In this document: piece by piece, positions 51,101 through 64,000 of the stretch
Position numbering within the stretch: position 1 is the stretch's first letter
Layout of the letters: every line of letters begins with the position of its first letter
Assembly: GCA_973895155.1 (NCBI GenBank)
Contig: OZ316892.1
Coordinates: 6,679,251-6,743,250 of the forward strand
Length of the DNA: 64,000 nucleotides
Origin: Marsupella aquatica
Taxonomy: Eukaryota > Plantae > Marchantiophyta
Reading direction: 5' to 3'
Notes under the pieces: model-generated
Databases searched by the model: none
What the model was told of the DNA's origin: nothing
Seen by the model: only the letters and a program-made list of their open reading frames with translations
Position numbers and translations under genes: made by a program

Positions 51101-54100
51101 GGGCCGTTCCAGAAGAAGAGAGAGGGTACGGGCGATATTTACGATCTCCCTGGTAATAGAATTTGAAGCTTCTGTTTCCTCACCATCGCCAAATGCCCAA
51201 CTTATCTGAGAGCAGTGTTACTGCAGAGAAACCCGTTTGCTCGAACGGAGCAGTGGCAGTAACCGACCACATGATCGTTCGGCTTCCACTTTTTTTCCCC
51301 TTGAAAACTTCATTCGTAGCAGCAGGATACATCGAGGGAGAGGTCGGCTTCCATGCAACTGAGTGGAGGACACAACGAGATCTTCAAACTTCGAGATGCA
51401 CAAGACAGTGAAAAGGGCAGGCCACTTGACTGCGAACTTTGGGGTCCACAACCACCCTGGCGCTACTGCTGCTTTGACTTTGGGCTCGTGGCCACTTCTC
51501 CGATTGAGGCGACGTTACGTTTGCACAGCGCACATCCTAGATTCTCTCCTCTTGTTTGATTCCGTGAGTCGAAAACCTGCAGTGATTTTGTAGGTGACCG
51601 ACCAACTCGGCCATACGGACGTGCATTGACTTGTGGAGTGTCTGTTTAGCAAATGGATTCTGCACAACGGTACTACACTACTCACGTAATGGTCATGGAA
51701 AAGAGGATTGTGGATAGAAAACAGATCTATCCTCGACGACTTCTTCTTGCTTGTTCATCATTCGCCACTCTCACAGTAAACAAATTAACTAGGAATCGTT
51801 GCCGATAACTTTGCCTGCTTTCGTTCCTGTTTTCTGGATGATGCAGGGAGCATGAGCGGGTTGTCCTAATCTTCTCACAGTAAACCTTCTGATCAAACGT
51901 TTCCTTGAATGGAATTCTTTGAGATCTTCGAGGCAAACGAAAGCGTCAATGCTTACCACCACTGAATGGGAGACATGGTTCCCGACTTCCTGTCCGGTTT
52001 CAATGTCAAATGCTATTGAGTTTACGATTTGTGTTTACCAATCGCCCATCTTAAACCCCTCTTGTGAATCTTTTCCATTGTGAATCTTTCTTTGTATTTT
52101 CATTAAGGCCATGGCCATAAGCCACTCCCCACCCTGGCCTCAAGATTCTCATTTAAATCTATTTGTTAGTAGCATGGATTACTGTCGGGCAGTCTTCTTC
52201 AGCATAAATTTTTGAAGACTTGCAAGGAGAGTTTCGGCTTAGTAAAACATGGGCTGTTTGGGGTTATGAGCCCGAGGGGTTTGCAGCCTGGAAGCCCCGA
52301 ACTGCACATGGGTTACCCTAAACAACATCTCTTTACTGGAGATGTTCGTCCCAGACAAGACTAAAGAGATGGCCCCAGAGATCTTGTAAAGCAAACTGTA
52401 GCCATTTCCATTCAATGTAGTGTCCAAATTTAACCTTCCCTCCCCAGCCTGACCCCAAGATTCTTCTATTTCAATCTCTATGCAAACCACAGATCAAGGC
52501 CCCTACTTCTCCTAAGCATAATTTTTCAAAGACCCAGACTCATTATAAGGTCCAGCTTTAATCTCAGAGGGATTCGAAAGAAGCAATGGGTCTGGGAGGG
52601 CTTAAGAGATGGCCCTCAAACCACACAACGTATGGTTCTTGTAAAGCCAACAGTTCTTCTAAAGCCAATTGCAGCAGTTTGCAATTATTATAAACACGCA
52701 CTCAAATTTTTGAACCCGCCCTCAATTTTTTTCTGCAAAGCCAACCGAAGCAGTTGGAGTTGCCTTTATTATAAGCCCCATCAAGTTCTTGTAAAGCCAA
52801 TTGTAACCATTTACCCCGGGCCATTTACACTCATTGTAAGTGTCTTCATTCAATATCACACAGGTAATGGGCCCCACGGCTTCTTAAAGCCACCCTCAAT
52901 CCATTCATTTCATCTTCTCGTCCCTCGTTCATTATTGATGAACAGTCCATTCATTTCATTTGCTCGTCCCTCGTTCATTGATGAAGCTTCGTTCCCTCGC
53001 CTCCTTCATTGATGAAACTGCTGACATCCCTCTACCAGTTGCGGGACGAATCTGACGCGTTTGCTTGCGTCGCTCCGAGGTGTCTATGGTGGCCTGGTGG
53101 GTCCTGCTTCTCCCCATTCAGTTCCCAGCACCTTTTTAGAAACTGCCCGTCGTTCGCCGACTCTCCTCTGCTAGATTGATGTTAATTAAATGCTGTGATC
53201 GAGGATCGAATGGCCTGGCTCGATCCCGACTGCAATACCCTTTCCTGGAATCGAATCCAACACGTATGGGAGAGGGATTCTCCCAACCCACGCATGATTG
53301 ATGATTGGGAGTCTGTATTTCTGTAACCAGCAGACACTCACTTCCTACTTTCCTAGCCTCCCTCGAGGTACGAGATCCGCTTTTTGTATTGCAAGCGGCT
53401 AGCTTGTCGTCTCCCGCTCTACACAGTCCAGGGTTCGGGAATCAGGATCCATGCACCAAGGCGGCGTCTCGAATTATCGATCATCTAACGCTGGCAGACA
53501 AACTTCACCAGGTCCATGACGGCTAACTTGCTGTACAATCATGTAGTACAGTACAACCGAATGAGGAGTCCTCGTTCAGCTCCTCCAGTCCTGAGCGTGG
53601 AAATTTCATTCTTTTTCTACTTCATTATTCCTCTCAGTGATTTCGTCTGTAAGCTTCTGAAACTTCTGAAAGGTTTGCTTTAATCTTTTGGCCGTTGGGC
53701 CTTGTCTCCCTTTGTGATTGTGGCATCTTTGATGACAAAAGTCTCGCTTTGACTGTAGGAGCACTGTAGTGTCAATCGGTGAAGAGGTCAGAGAAGAATT
53801 GTGACACTCGTCCCGTCACAGTTGTTTTAATTAATAAGGAGACTACAATCGTGAAAGACCCAGCACAGCACAGCACAGCACAGGACCTTGGAGCAATTAC
53901 TCTTTCCAGCTCCGAAGCTCCTGTCCAGTCACCTCGGAGTCTCGGACCTCGGGGCACTATTTGCTATCATGCAGTCCAAAATAATTGCACGGCTCGGCCC
54001 AGTGAAAGAGTATGAGACTATGAGCTCTCGACATCATTTCTACCTCGTCCTCGCTAATAATAAAGGCGGTCCGATCGCCGTAGAGCGACATCCATCCGGA

Positions 54101-54473
54101 CTTGCATAAACTCAGCTTTGTAGTGCACTCTCCGAAAGCGAATTGGAAGGACATGTCTCAACAACCTCACTCTGACATGTATAGTGCGAGGTAGACGCAA
54201 TGTTTTTGAATCCATGCTTAAATTTCCGAGAGACTTCACTACCACTTCACGATGCCTCTGCCGTACTGCGGAGTTTGTTCGTGCGCATGAGCTCCAGACA
54301 GATTAAAGGTTAGGTTGAACACGAACACGGGAACTTACTTAAAGTATTGGGGGGTTTAACACGAACACGGCTTACTGTCCAGGTGAAGTCCCAGAGAGTT
54401 ATTATGATGATGAGTGTCGTGTCGCGAGAAATCAAATCTCGTAATCGAATGAATGAAAGCGTAAGACTGATGA

Positions 54474-54807
54474 TCGAGTTCATTCATAGTTTCATGCATC
54501 CACTCGTGAGGTACAACGCGCAACATTTACATCAACGTTTCCGAGCGTGGAGGAACATATCTCGGTATCGAGCTGGCGGAGAATTGTTAAATGTGCTAAT
54601 TGCCTCCGAGCAGGAGATTCATCCCTCATAGAAATCATAAGACGCTCGAGTTCATTCATAGTTTCATACGTCCACTCGTGAGGTACAACGCGGACAAATT
54701 ACATCAACATTTTCGAACCGTGAGGATCATTGATTCATAGACGAGGGACATTATCCCGGCATCGAGCTGGCAGTGTTAATTGACTCCGAGCACAGGAGAT
54801 TCATCCA
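54474..54807. repeat. About 172-bp direct duplication (2 copies)
   Basis: TCGAGTTCATTCATAGTTTCAT...CCACTCGTGAGGTACAACGCG...ATCGAGCTGGC...CTCCGAGCA..GGAGATTCATCC at 54474 and 54646. Confidence 0.85.
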
Positions 54808-55479
54808 TTAACCCATTATAGAAATCATTCTTACAGCCCTCGTGCAATCACTCGTAATGATATGCAGTTTCACGTGAACCAGCCCACACGGTTTTGAAGC
54901 ATCTCGATCGGACAAGTCAGATAATTATACTCTGGGACCTGGGTATCGTCCGTGTTTCCGACCGACCCACAGAAAGTTGAGCGAAGCCTTGCACTCGATC
55001 TAACATGAGGCAGTGAATAGGACTTCCAGATGTGCGTGCTCTTCCAGTTTGCTATGACCAGTAGATCATGCTCACTACACACGTACCTGACGGTGCTAAG
55101 CACAAGCACAGACATTGAGGGCAGAACTGAAGAGTATGAGCCGAGATCAAACAGGCTAAAGTGGCCTGATTGAAGTTAGCAGCAGTCTTCAAAGACGGGA
55201 AGCATGTGGCCCGATAGAAAAATGCAGACAACTACAATAAAAAGCCATTGGGAACGAGAGATCAACTCAGAAGGAACCCAAGTTGGAAGGTATGAGAGCG
55301 CCAATCACTTGAACATTGAGCCCCATTCTCGAGTCACACTCCTGAGTCTCCTTTCTGATATCATCATCGTCCTTTTACATCGGGAGGTAGGCTAAAATTC
55401 TAGACAAATAAACAATCCAATCAGTATATCTTTGGGTCCACTGCTCCTGGCCATGTAGGATCACTAAACACCATTCTTG

Positions 55480-55810
55480 CCCTGAGTTCTTGTAAAGCTA
55501 ACTATAATTCGTTCCATTCATTATACTGTCCAGATTTAATCTCATATAGAGAAAGAGGAAGCAAGGGGACATGACTTCTTGTAAAGCCACCCTAACTTTC
55601 ACTTGTTAGCAAAAGATGGAGCCCCAAGAACAAAAGCGCCTAAAGGGAGACAGTGTCCCATATCCGAATGGGCCCCTGACTTCTTGTAAAGCCAATAAAG
55701 TCTTTTCTACCCATGATACGGTCCAGATGTAATCTGAGAGGGAACAAAGGGAAGCAATGGGGCCGGACTGCTTGTAAAGCCACCCTAACTTCCACTTCCT
55801 AGAAAAGATG
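55480..55810 (+). repeat. Dispersed repeat family C, tandem pair
   Basis: Two adjacent units each with TTGTAAAGC...GTCCAGAT.TAATCT...GAAGCAA.GGG...TTGTAAAGCCACCCTAACTT.CACTT..TAG.AAAAGATGGAGCC; homologous to 12455-12600. Confidence 0.7.
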
Positions 55811-57119
55811 GAGCCACAAAATAGATAGCACCCTGCCAAAGAACAAAAAGAGCCAAAGGGAGACAAGATCTCAAAAGTAGGAGACCAATAAAAGGGAGAA
55901 AACACAGACAAACACCAGGAAAACCAAGACCCAAAAAACCAGTCTGAGTAAACTCCAATATTGAGGCTAATCAGTGCAATTAGGCCCAAGGTCCCTTGCC
56001 ATTGCCTGACCCTAGTATTCACAGAGATACTAGAGGGAGCGCAACATAGACCAGAGTATGGGTCAATGACAGACCGTAAGTGTAGGGCAGGGCAAGTGTA
56101 AGTATTGAAGCCTGTTAAAGACATTCTTTATTTCGACACAACTCTACCCAAAAGTGAGATTCATTCATAGTTTTCAACACTTAGAAAAAATCATAATGGG
56201 CCACTTTTGACAGACAGCTGAGAGAGAATGCCGCAGGGAGCGAGTACCCGGGGCTCAATACTGAGTTTCTCCCCGTAGCGAATGCCCCGGGCTCATTAAA
56301 GCACAATTGCCCTTCAATAGCTATGGGTGACCCGTAGTTACCATTAAAAGTAAATTTTTTCTGAAATTGTGAAACAAAGTGACATGCTAGAGGAGAAGAA
56401 TGATTGAAATGTGGAAAAAGGGGGAGATCTTGGACACTTCCCCTTATATAGGGAAACCTTATATAGAGGAAGTGTTGGTTTAATGAGTTTTTACATTGGC
56501 CTGAATCAAAGAACACAAAGGAGGAAAGAGTATATGGGGGGTCAGTCACCTTAAACTAATTAGATTATTTCTAAAATGAAGGAAAGAGCAAGGCATTTGG
56601 CCTACCCTAGCAATGTACCTAGTGTCCAGGAAGAAACTGCGTAGACCAGCCACCTTAGCTGCTGTCTTCGCTTGCAGGTTTGTAGGCACAATCATTGGGT
56701 GCCAATTTTCAAGCGCGTCAATCGAGACACTTTTGTAGAAACGGCTCCAATGTACAGCTCCACCAATTAAGAAGAATTATCAACTCTTTTGCACCATGAC
56801 GATCTGCCTTCACTTCGCCATTAAGGTAGATCAGACATTTCAGAAGCACCCCAAACGAATCCTCCACTTGTAAACTAGTTGTAACTCGTGACACTCGATA
56901 TTCACTCTAAGTCGAGACCCTTGATTGCAAACGTGTCCAGCTCTTGATTACAGACATCCCCAATTTACCTCATCTGCACTTATGCAGAGACGAAACGAAC
57001 GTACGCGGATTCCAGAGCAAGACAATTATGGTCGACCCAGCAGCGGATTCTAGAGCGAGACAATTATGGTCGACCCAGGAGGCATTCAGGCATTGTTTTC
57101 TGAAAAATTAATGGACTCC

Positions 57120-57712
57120 GAAGAGCAGTGCGGACATCGGACATCATTTGCCGTGTGGTTCAGAAGAGAATTAACGAACTCCAGAGAGTACAGTACCGTC
57201 GTCTTAGCCATCTGGTGATTTAAGGAATTCATGACCAGTCCACCACGACCAGGTTTGGCCAGCCAACGATCGAGAAACGAGGCGTCAACAAACCACAGTG
57301 GTCCTTGAGTCCTTCATTCTCAACAAAATAAAAATAAACAACTGTACTCTTTTCGAGATTGCTGTTTTGTGGCTCCTCGAATAAATTCTAATGCTGCTAT
57401 ATGGTTGATCTATCAGGCATAGTTTTTTTTGGGTGGACCCCAAAGTGAAAGAGCAGTGCAGACCTCGGACATCATTTGCACTGTAATTCAGAAGAGAATT
57501 ATCAGACTCCAGAGAGTACAGTACCGTCTTCTTATCCAGTGGATCAGTCAAGGAACTCATGAGCAGTTCACCACGAACAGGTTTTGCCAGCCACTGATCG
57601 ACCATAGCCAAAGATCCAGAAACGAGAGCCTACAAGCCAGAGTGCTCCCTCATTCTCTACAAAATAATGAACAAACCACTGTACTCTTTTCCAGACTGCT
57701 GTTTTGTGGCTT
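57120..57712. repeat. About 255-bp diverged direct duplication (57120-57372 and 57449-57712)
   Basis: AAGAGCAGTGC.GAC.TCGGACATCATTTGC...TTCAGAAGAGAATTA...CTCCAGAGAGTACAGTACCGTC...CTGTACTCTTTTC.AGA.TGCTGTTTTGTGGCT in both. Confidence 0.85.
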
Positions 57713-60700
57713 TTCCAATGGAGAACCAGTAGTGTACCAAAAATTCAGTACAGTCCTCTCTGCCTAAGTGCATCTTCTATAAGTGCATCTTTTATAAGTG
57801 TATAATATGGTTTTTGTAAGCATGTCATTTCTCCCCCCTTTTCAATCCAACCACTTTGAAGTTTTTTTGCACTTCTTATACACTCCTTTATAAGTGCCAA
57901 TCTGGTTTATTACAGGACCAACCTTTATCCCCTTTTCTATTTCAACCATATTGCAGTTGTTTGCATTTTATTAAGAGTATCTCAAAGTAACTCAGCAAGG
58001 TGAGCAAAGACACAGGATTTTTGCTATGAAATGTCACTGCAAAAAACCCCTGAGTGAAAAAATTTCCTTGAGGTCAGACTCAATGAGACCGTCAAGTGAG
58101 AAAGTGACTCAGGAAGGTCAGCTGAGTGAAAACTTTCCAACTCAGCAAGGCCGGTGAGCTTCATGATTGATAGAAATAACTGAAAATTGATGGTGTTAAC
58201 AATGTCAATTCATAATTGTTTCAAGGTCTGAGCCACTTGAAGACAACAATTGCAAACTCTATAGAAGAGTGCATACACTTATTGATGAAAGTAGGTACAT
58301 AGTGTGGGACATTAATAATTGTCATTGCTTCTGTCCTAGTGTATACTGTTGCACATGTGCAGTAGGGTTACAGGGCAGGTATTGTGTAGTGCGAGGAGGC
58401 GTGAGGATTATACAGCCTTTCAATAAGTGCAAGATTGTCGGTGTTGCAATTATCAGATAGTGCAAACCACGAGGACCTGCAGGCACATATCCATCAGTGC
58501 AAGAAATGTTGCACCTATCACATACTGCAAACTCTCTTTAAACCACAGATGCCTAGCTTTGACCATTGTTCATTTGCCTGGGTGAACAGTGGCTTACCCT
58601 CCAGGCTCTCCAGCTCACTTCCCATCATAGGACCCTCTTACTCTAGATTCTTCTTTGGTGAATTCTTACAAAATATAAACTATTTCTAGATGCAGTTTTT
58701 GTTTTGGAACTAACGAGATCTACCTTTCAAGCGCTTGCTTGCCCCCTATGTGAACTAACAAGATGATACTAACCAAAAATTTCATGAAAATAAGAAACGT
58801 TAATTTGTAAAGTGAGTACTTCAGGCTACCTAGAGTACTGTGCACGGAAACTTGTGGTTTAAAAACCTATGGCTTCTTCCCAAGAGTACAATGTACCAGC
58901 AATTACAGTACAGTGTAGTCAAGGAGCATAAAACTTTCTACCATCATTCCACCAATCCATACCAAAAGAAAAACTTTTGGACAAACATATGCACCAAGCC
59001 TAAAGTGCAGCAGGATTACATGCCAACATGGGTCAGGACAGTATGACAAAGTCAGACAGCCAAGCCCAGCGTGGCTTAAACCTTGACCACCTTATGTTTC
59101 ATTTGTGAATGGAACGTGGTCTAAAATACCCAGCTCTGGTTTATGTCAGTGGGAAAATCATAGAGAATGTGTTGTGCAAAAAGGATATACTTCATATGTG
59201 CTGTTGTTTGTTTTAGGGTCTAGACAAATTTCTCTTTGTGCTCCTCCTATGAGGTTTACTCTGGAGATTTACCAGGCTTTTCAGTTTACTGGTGGCTTTA
59301 GTTCCTTTGCCGTCCTAAGCAGTTTACTCTACAGCAGTACCAAGATTTTTCAGTTTGCTGGCTAGAATGGCTGTAGTTCCTTTGCCATCCTAAGAAGTTT
59401 ACCCCACAACTTTACCAGGCTTTTCAGTTTAAGGCTCAGTAGAGCTTTAGTTCCTTTGCTGTAGTACCAGACTCTTGAATGTTTCTTTGGTTTTAAAGGG
59501 TTTTTTTTTATTGTTTTATCCCCTTTATTTGAGTTTCCTGCCTTTTAGATCCTGTCTCCCAGTTTGGCACTATTTTTTTGGTCAAACAATGTTCAAATGA
59601 AAAGGATACACATTTTTGCATCATAAACAACAAGAAAAGATACATTTTTTTCCCAGATTGTTGCCAGGACTACATGAAGGAAGACTTGAGAGAAATTTCT
59701 TTATTGAATAAAAGTATGGTGTTAACCGTCACTCCCTAATTCAAAAGCAGAGATTTTGGGCTCTACCCATAAATTTGTCTTACTCACACCAATTCTGTTA
59801 TAACACTATATTTTCTCACATGAATTCATGTTACTTTGGACTTAAGAGGCTACTTAGTAACATTAATGTGCCTAGACTTGACATTGAATCCAAAGTAGAA
59901 GTAGTTAAAAGTAATATAACACTTTTAATAATAGTGTTTACACAAAATGAGTGATCTCAAGTCCAATTAACACTAATTCTTGTTTGTTGTTCAGAATAGT
60001 TTTATATCCTTGCATAACACTAATTAGGGTGAACGCTGTAGGTTGAAATCACTTCACACTTCTTATCTGACAATCTTACTAATACATTGCAATGAGAAGT
60101 TAGAGTTGGGACCTAGGTTTTTAGAGTGAAACCTCTAGACACTAATCAAGGGCCCCACCAAAATCAATGTGGATGGAAAAATGAAATCTTATATATGTCA
60201 AATGATTATCAAGCCTGATAATTTTTGTCATCATTTTTATTAATATTCAAAAATTATCCTGAAAATTCCTCTCGTATACCACATTTGACGAGGATACGTC
60301 AATATAATGATGTGAGAAAATATCATTCAAGTACACCCAGTCTCGTATACAACGGTTCTTGCAGAATGTGAAGAACATGGTTGATTCTCTTCCTGCCACC
60401 AGTTTCTCTCTCCTATTGCTTCAAGCGATTGAAAGTCTGGGTAGGAGCTTTTATCACGGCACCACAATCAGATCATCTCGATTTCGTTTTTGCCAGAACC
60501 TTCTCCACTCAGCACCTCTGAAGGTCAACTATGTCCTCCGGCTCTGTCTGTTATTGCCATGCTATGATCGGACAATTTTTGGTTGAATGTTTATGGACAT
60601 TCCGGTTCTCATTTCATGTCAATTGTTCTTTCATTTTAACTTTTGCCTGCCTGGGACTATTGACATTTCCTCCCAGCCTATTGACGACAGAAAGCTGGCC

Positions 60701-63279
60701 GTGGCTTAGGGGATTGACTTCCGCTTGATGAGCCTGGAAACGCATGCTGTAATTTGCAAGAATGATTGCAGTAGCCAATGGCCAAACGAAAACACATCCA
60801 GCATCTTCTTTACAGGTTGTTTGGTTTTTGTCCGTGAGAGTGAGTGCTTTCTACCGGTAATGATTGATGGAATGCAAGTTTTTTTTCCCTCTGAAATACT
60901 TGAGGCCGAAGGAAGCAAAGTCAACAAAGGTTCGACAGCCTCAGAGATCGAGAAGTCAAATGCCCTGACTAATGATTGATTACTTTTTTCATCGCAATCG
61001 CCTTCTAGACAGGTAGACCCGTAGGTAATTATTTTGCCAAGAGCACTGTAGGACAGTCATTTCCGGATGAGCACCTGAGAGACGGAAACTTAAACGAAGT
61101 CAAAAGCTTGTTTGAGTCTAATAGACCGTGAAGTCGAATCGCGGCCTGAATTTAAGTGTTGCCCAAAGAAAAAGCATTGGTCCAATCTATCTTCTCTACT
61201 AAAACTCACAGTCACTGGGTTGACAACCCGAGCCTACGTGCAAAATTAGATCCTTCATGATAAAGAAGGATGAGAAATCTGCATCTTGAGTCTAACTGAT
61301 GATCCTGAGTCCTTTGGAAATAGCTAAGGTGTTCTTGGACCCCGTTTCCATTAACCATCACCATTGAGCATCACCTTTGCAGTTCATTTGAGAGTGGTGA
61401 CACATATTAATATTAGGCCAATAAGGACTCTTCAGGCAGAAGAGAATCTTAACAGGAGAGGAAAAACGTCAATTCGAATGTTGCACAGAAATTTGCTAAT
61501 TTGCTTCCAGTTTCCCAAGAGCCCAAGGCAGAATCTCAGTTTGAGAGATTTTTCTTGGCGAAAAAGTCGAGTGCATTGAAGCATGAAAAAGCTCTAGAGT
61601 AGGCGAAATGTACATCATGATAACCGAAGCGAGTGCAGAGGCTTGCAAGCTTTAGAAAGAATCTCTATACGGAATTGCTTGATTGGGGTCCAGCTATGAA
61701 TACAGACGGTAGTTCTTGCCCAAGGTATGCTGGAGACTTTACAAATTCGTGATGAGCTTTTCATTAGTCATTAGCTAATCTAGCTAATCTAGCGAATCTA
61801 GCGCTCACTTGCACATGAGACCTCCATAGTATCTTCTTTAAATTATAGATTGACCTGTTGAGTGGACGACAGCGATCGAAAGAGATTCATATGTGACGAC
61901 ACTTTGTTTTTTTAAAGAAATTCCATTGCATTGCTCCAACTGAAGGAGAAATACACCAGTGTAGGAGCAAACAACCGCATTGGCAGCCAGTGCAGAAACA
62001 GAAACCTTAGCACGACCCTCTAGAGCCACAGCAAGCGTTTATCAAGGAAAGTGGTAGCGCCACCAATTGTGAATACCAAGGTCAGCCAAAAGAACGGTAA
62101 CAACTCATCAACTTATCACTCGTTTCAAGACATCCGCAGATTTGAGAATCTAGCCAAGGCTTCGTACAGTTCATGAGAGATTTCTATATGAGAGGGTGGA
62201 TAGGATGCAGTATTGGCTATCGTTCGTAGTATTCTATGTCAGGTAACGTAAGATCAACTCTTCTTGACAAGTAAATCATTGGGGATGTCAGTAGCCTAAG
62301 AGAGCTTACAAATTTTAGCTAATATCAACCTGTGATATTGCAACACAGAAACAAATGTCGGCACAGAAATTGAACACACCACACAATTTGACTTCAGCAC
62401 AGACTATCATCACAACACAGCGTAAGTGGATGAACAGCACAAATGTTTCTGTCAACGCAACTTGCAGCATCTTGTTTCAATACCTCTAGAGGGTTGCACG
62501 CAGTGCACCATGTCTGTTCATCGTCGGGTGGCGAGAGAGTTATGTGTGTCCATGCATTTGTAGTGTTGCAATGGAGCGTAGCACCAGATTTTCCACTGTT
62601 CTCTCTGAGTTCCAGATGCGAAACAAGCAGTGGGATTATCTGCCTAAATGCAATTGCCCCCAACGGTTAATTGGCGTCTGTACATTGTTCGAATGAGGTC
62701 TGAATAGATTACATTTGGGATGCAGTGACAACTTTCACTGTTGCGCCAGGTAGGCATTTGCCGGATGAATAAGTGAATACTCTAGGACTGTAGGCCAGGA
62801 AAACACATATTACGAACCCTCGATATCTGACGTCAGGTCCCAATGTGATGTTGCTGGGTGCATCTGGGACTGAATTTGCACGAATAATAGTGGAACGTGG
62901 TCCAGGCTGAGTTAGGCGACAATACCTGGGGGGGAAGTGATGTTTCGAGCAGCACTCTTGTTCACTGAAAAATCTGTATCTGTCATCAGGCTAGATATGA
63001 TGATCCACTTCATTTGGGATTAACATACGCTTTATTGCAAAGAGCTTAAACAGCTTGGAACACTATAGAAAATTCCGAGTTACATCTTACCTCAAAATTC
63101 GAGAACCTCACAGCAAAGCCATTCGGAAAACCTTAATTCACCAGAGCCCGACGTTTCGCATATTCATACTGCCGGGCAACAGATGCCGTACTATCAATCC
63201 TCTACAATGAAATGGCGTTAAAACGCCTACAAGTACAAGGATGACCACATATTGATGGCCAGCTACTACCTCCATCTCC

Positions 63280-63641
63280 TCACTTCTCTTCCCCAGTTAT
63301 ACTCCCTGTAGCGCCAGTAATCTTTCCCTTGAGCTCTTCAATGTCTGAAACAAGCTCCTTTCGGCTAGACTGCATGGAGCAAAAACAGATGCCATCAAAA
63401 TTCGTATCCACATATCAAAGAGTATGCAAACTGCACAGCACTGAATTTTGAATTAGAACACAAGGTTCGTATCAAAAGTCTGCACAGATCCAACAGTTGG
63501 AAGCAAGTAATCTGAGATGGGAGGTGCGGTTAACAAACACTGCGAGGAATACCCTGGAGGAAACGTTACCTTGAAGAACAAATATCGGTATACGAACCAA
63601 CCGGTGTACCCGAGTCCTACAAATTCCAATAGCTTTGGAAG
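63280..63641 (-). CDS. CURT1A: CURVATURE THYLAKOID 1 (CURT1A-like, CAAD domain), last two exons only: 63570-63641 and 63280-63369; the 5' part lies beyond the window
   Basis: LPKLLEFVGLGYTGWFVYRYLFFK | SSRKELVSDIEELKGKITGATGSITGEEK* matches the CURT1A C-terminus (LPKVMELVGLGYTGWFVYRYLLFKSSRKEL); acceptors TGCAG at 63642 and 63370, donor AAG|GTAAC at 63569, phase 0. Confidence 0.9.
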
Positions 63642-64000
63642 CTGCAAACAGACGCAAAACCAGTGTTCAATTTCTCTGCCACAAGCTGCCATTTAATGAG
63701 TAAAATAAACGTTCGGAAATAGCTCTACTGCAGCAAAATTTAACTTCTCACGGAAAGCGAATTGAACCAATTCACTAGAGTAAATCTTCATCGTCTACAC
63801 AAACTTTGGACCGTTGAACTCTGAAGGTTCCAAACAGATGTTGATCTTTGGGATAATCATGATCCACTTGAGGTACTGAAGGCTGCCTTAGGTCCGTCAG
63901 AGGCGGCTAAAAGAAATATCGAGTTCGAAATGGATCAGACAGTGACAATATTCACGCCACTGGATGTAAGACTACAGAAAAACTCACCAATGGAACAGAG

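Noticed and set aside
60350-61600. P-loop-like GEGSGK and LRR-like fragments on the minus strand
   Set aside because: Isolated motifs in stop-riddled frames without supporting NB-ARC motifs; compatible with chance

Overview
Eukaryotic land-plant nuclear DNA, most likely a bryophyte and probably a liverwort. This is an inference from an alpha/beta-hydrolase-type NLR remnant, a very Q-rich NF-YC and long intron-containing leaders. Three genes look intact: an intronless-CDS NF-YC transcription factor subunit (17552-18439, -), a four-exon C-type-lectin receptor-like kinase with a degenerate catalytic loop (46378-49287, +), and the last two exons of a CURT1A-like thylakoid curvature gene running off the window end (63280-63641, -). 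Between them lie decayed genes and transposons. A pseudogenised CDC5 N-terminal fragment can be spliced in frame (GT-AG, phase 0) to a pseudogenised alpha/beta-hydrolase(-NLR-like) exon. There is also a TTA-flanked PIF/Harbinger element, a CRE/RLE-type non-LTR retrotransposon fragment, possible CxC/KDZ transposase remnants, MITE-like elements and several local tandem duplications. NF-YC and the RLK each have a tandem array upstream built on a TGAC core: about 24 x 80 bp with a dimeric higher-order organisation, and 7 x 59 bp. No rRNA, tRNA or CRISPR array was found. Family assignments come from motif recognition by eye, not database searches.
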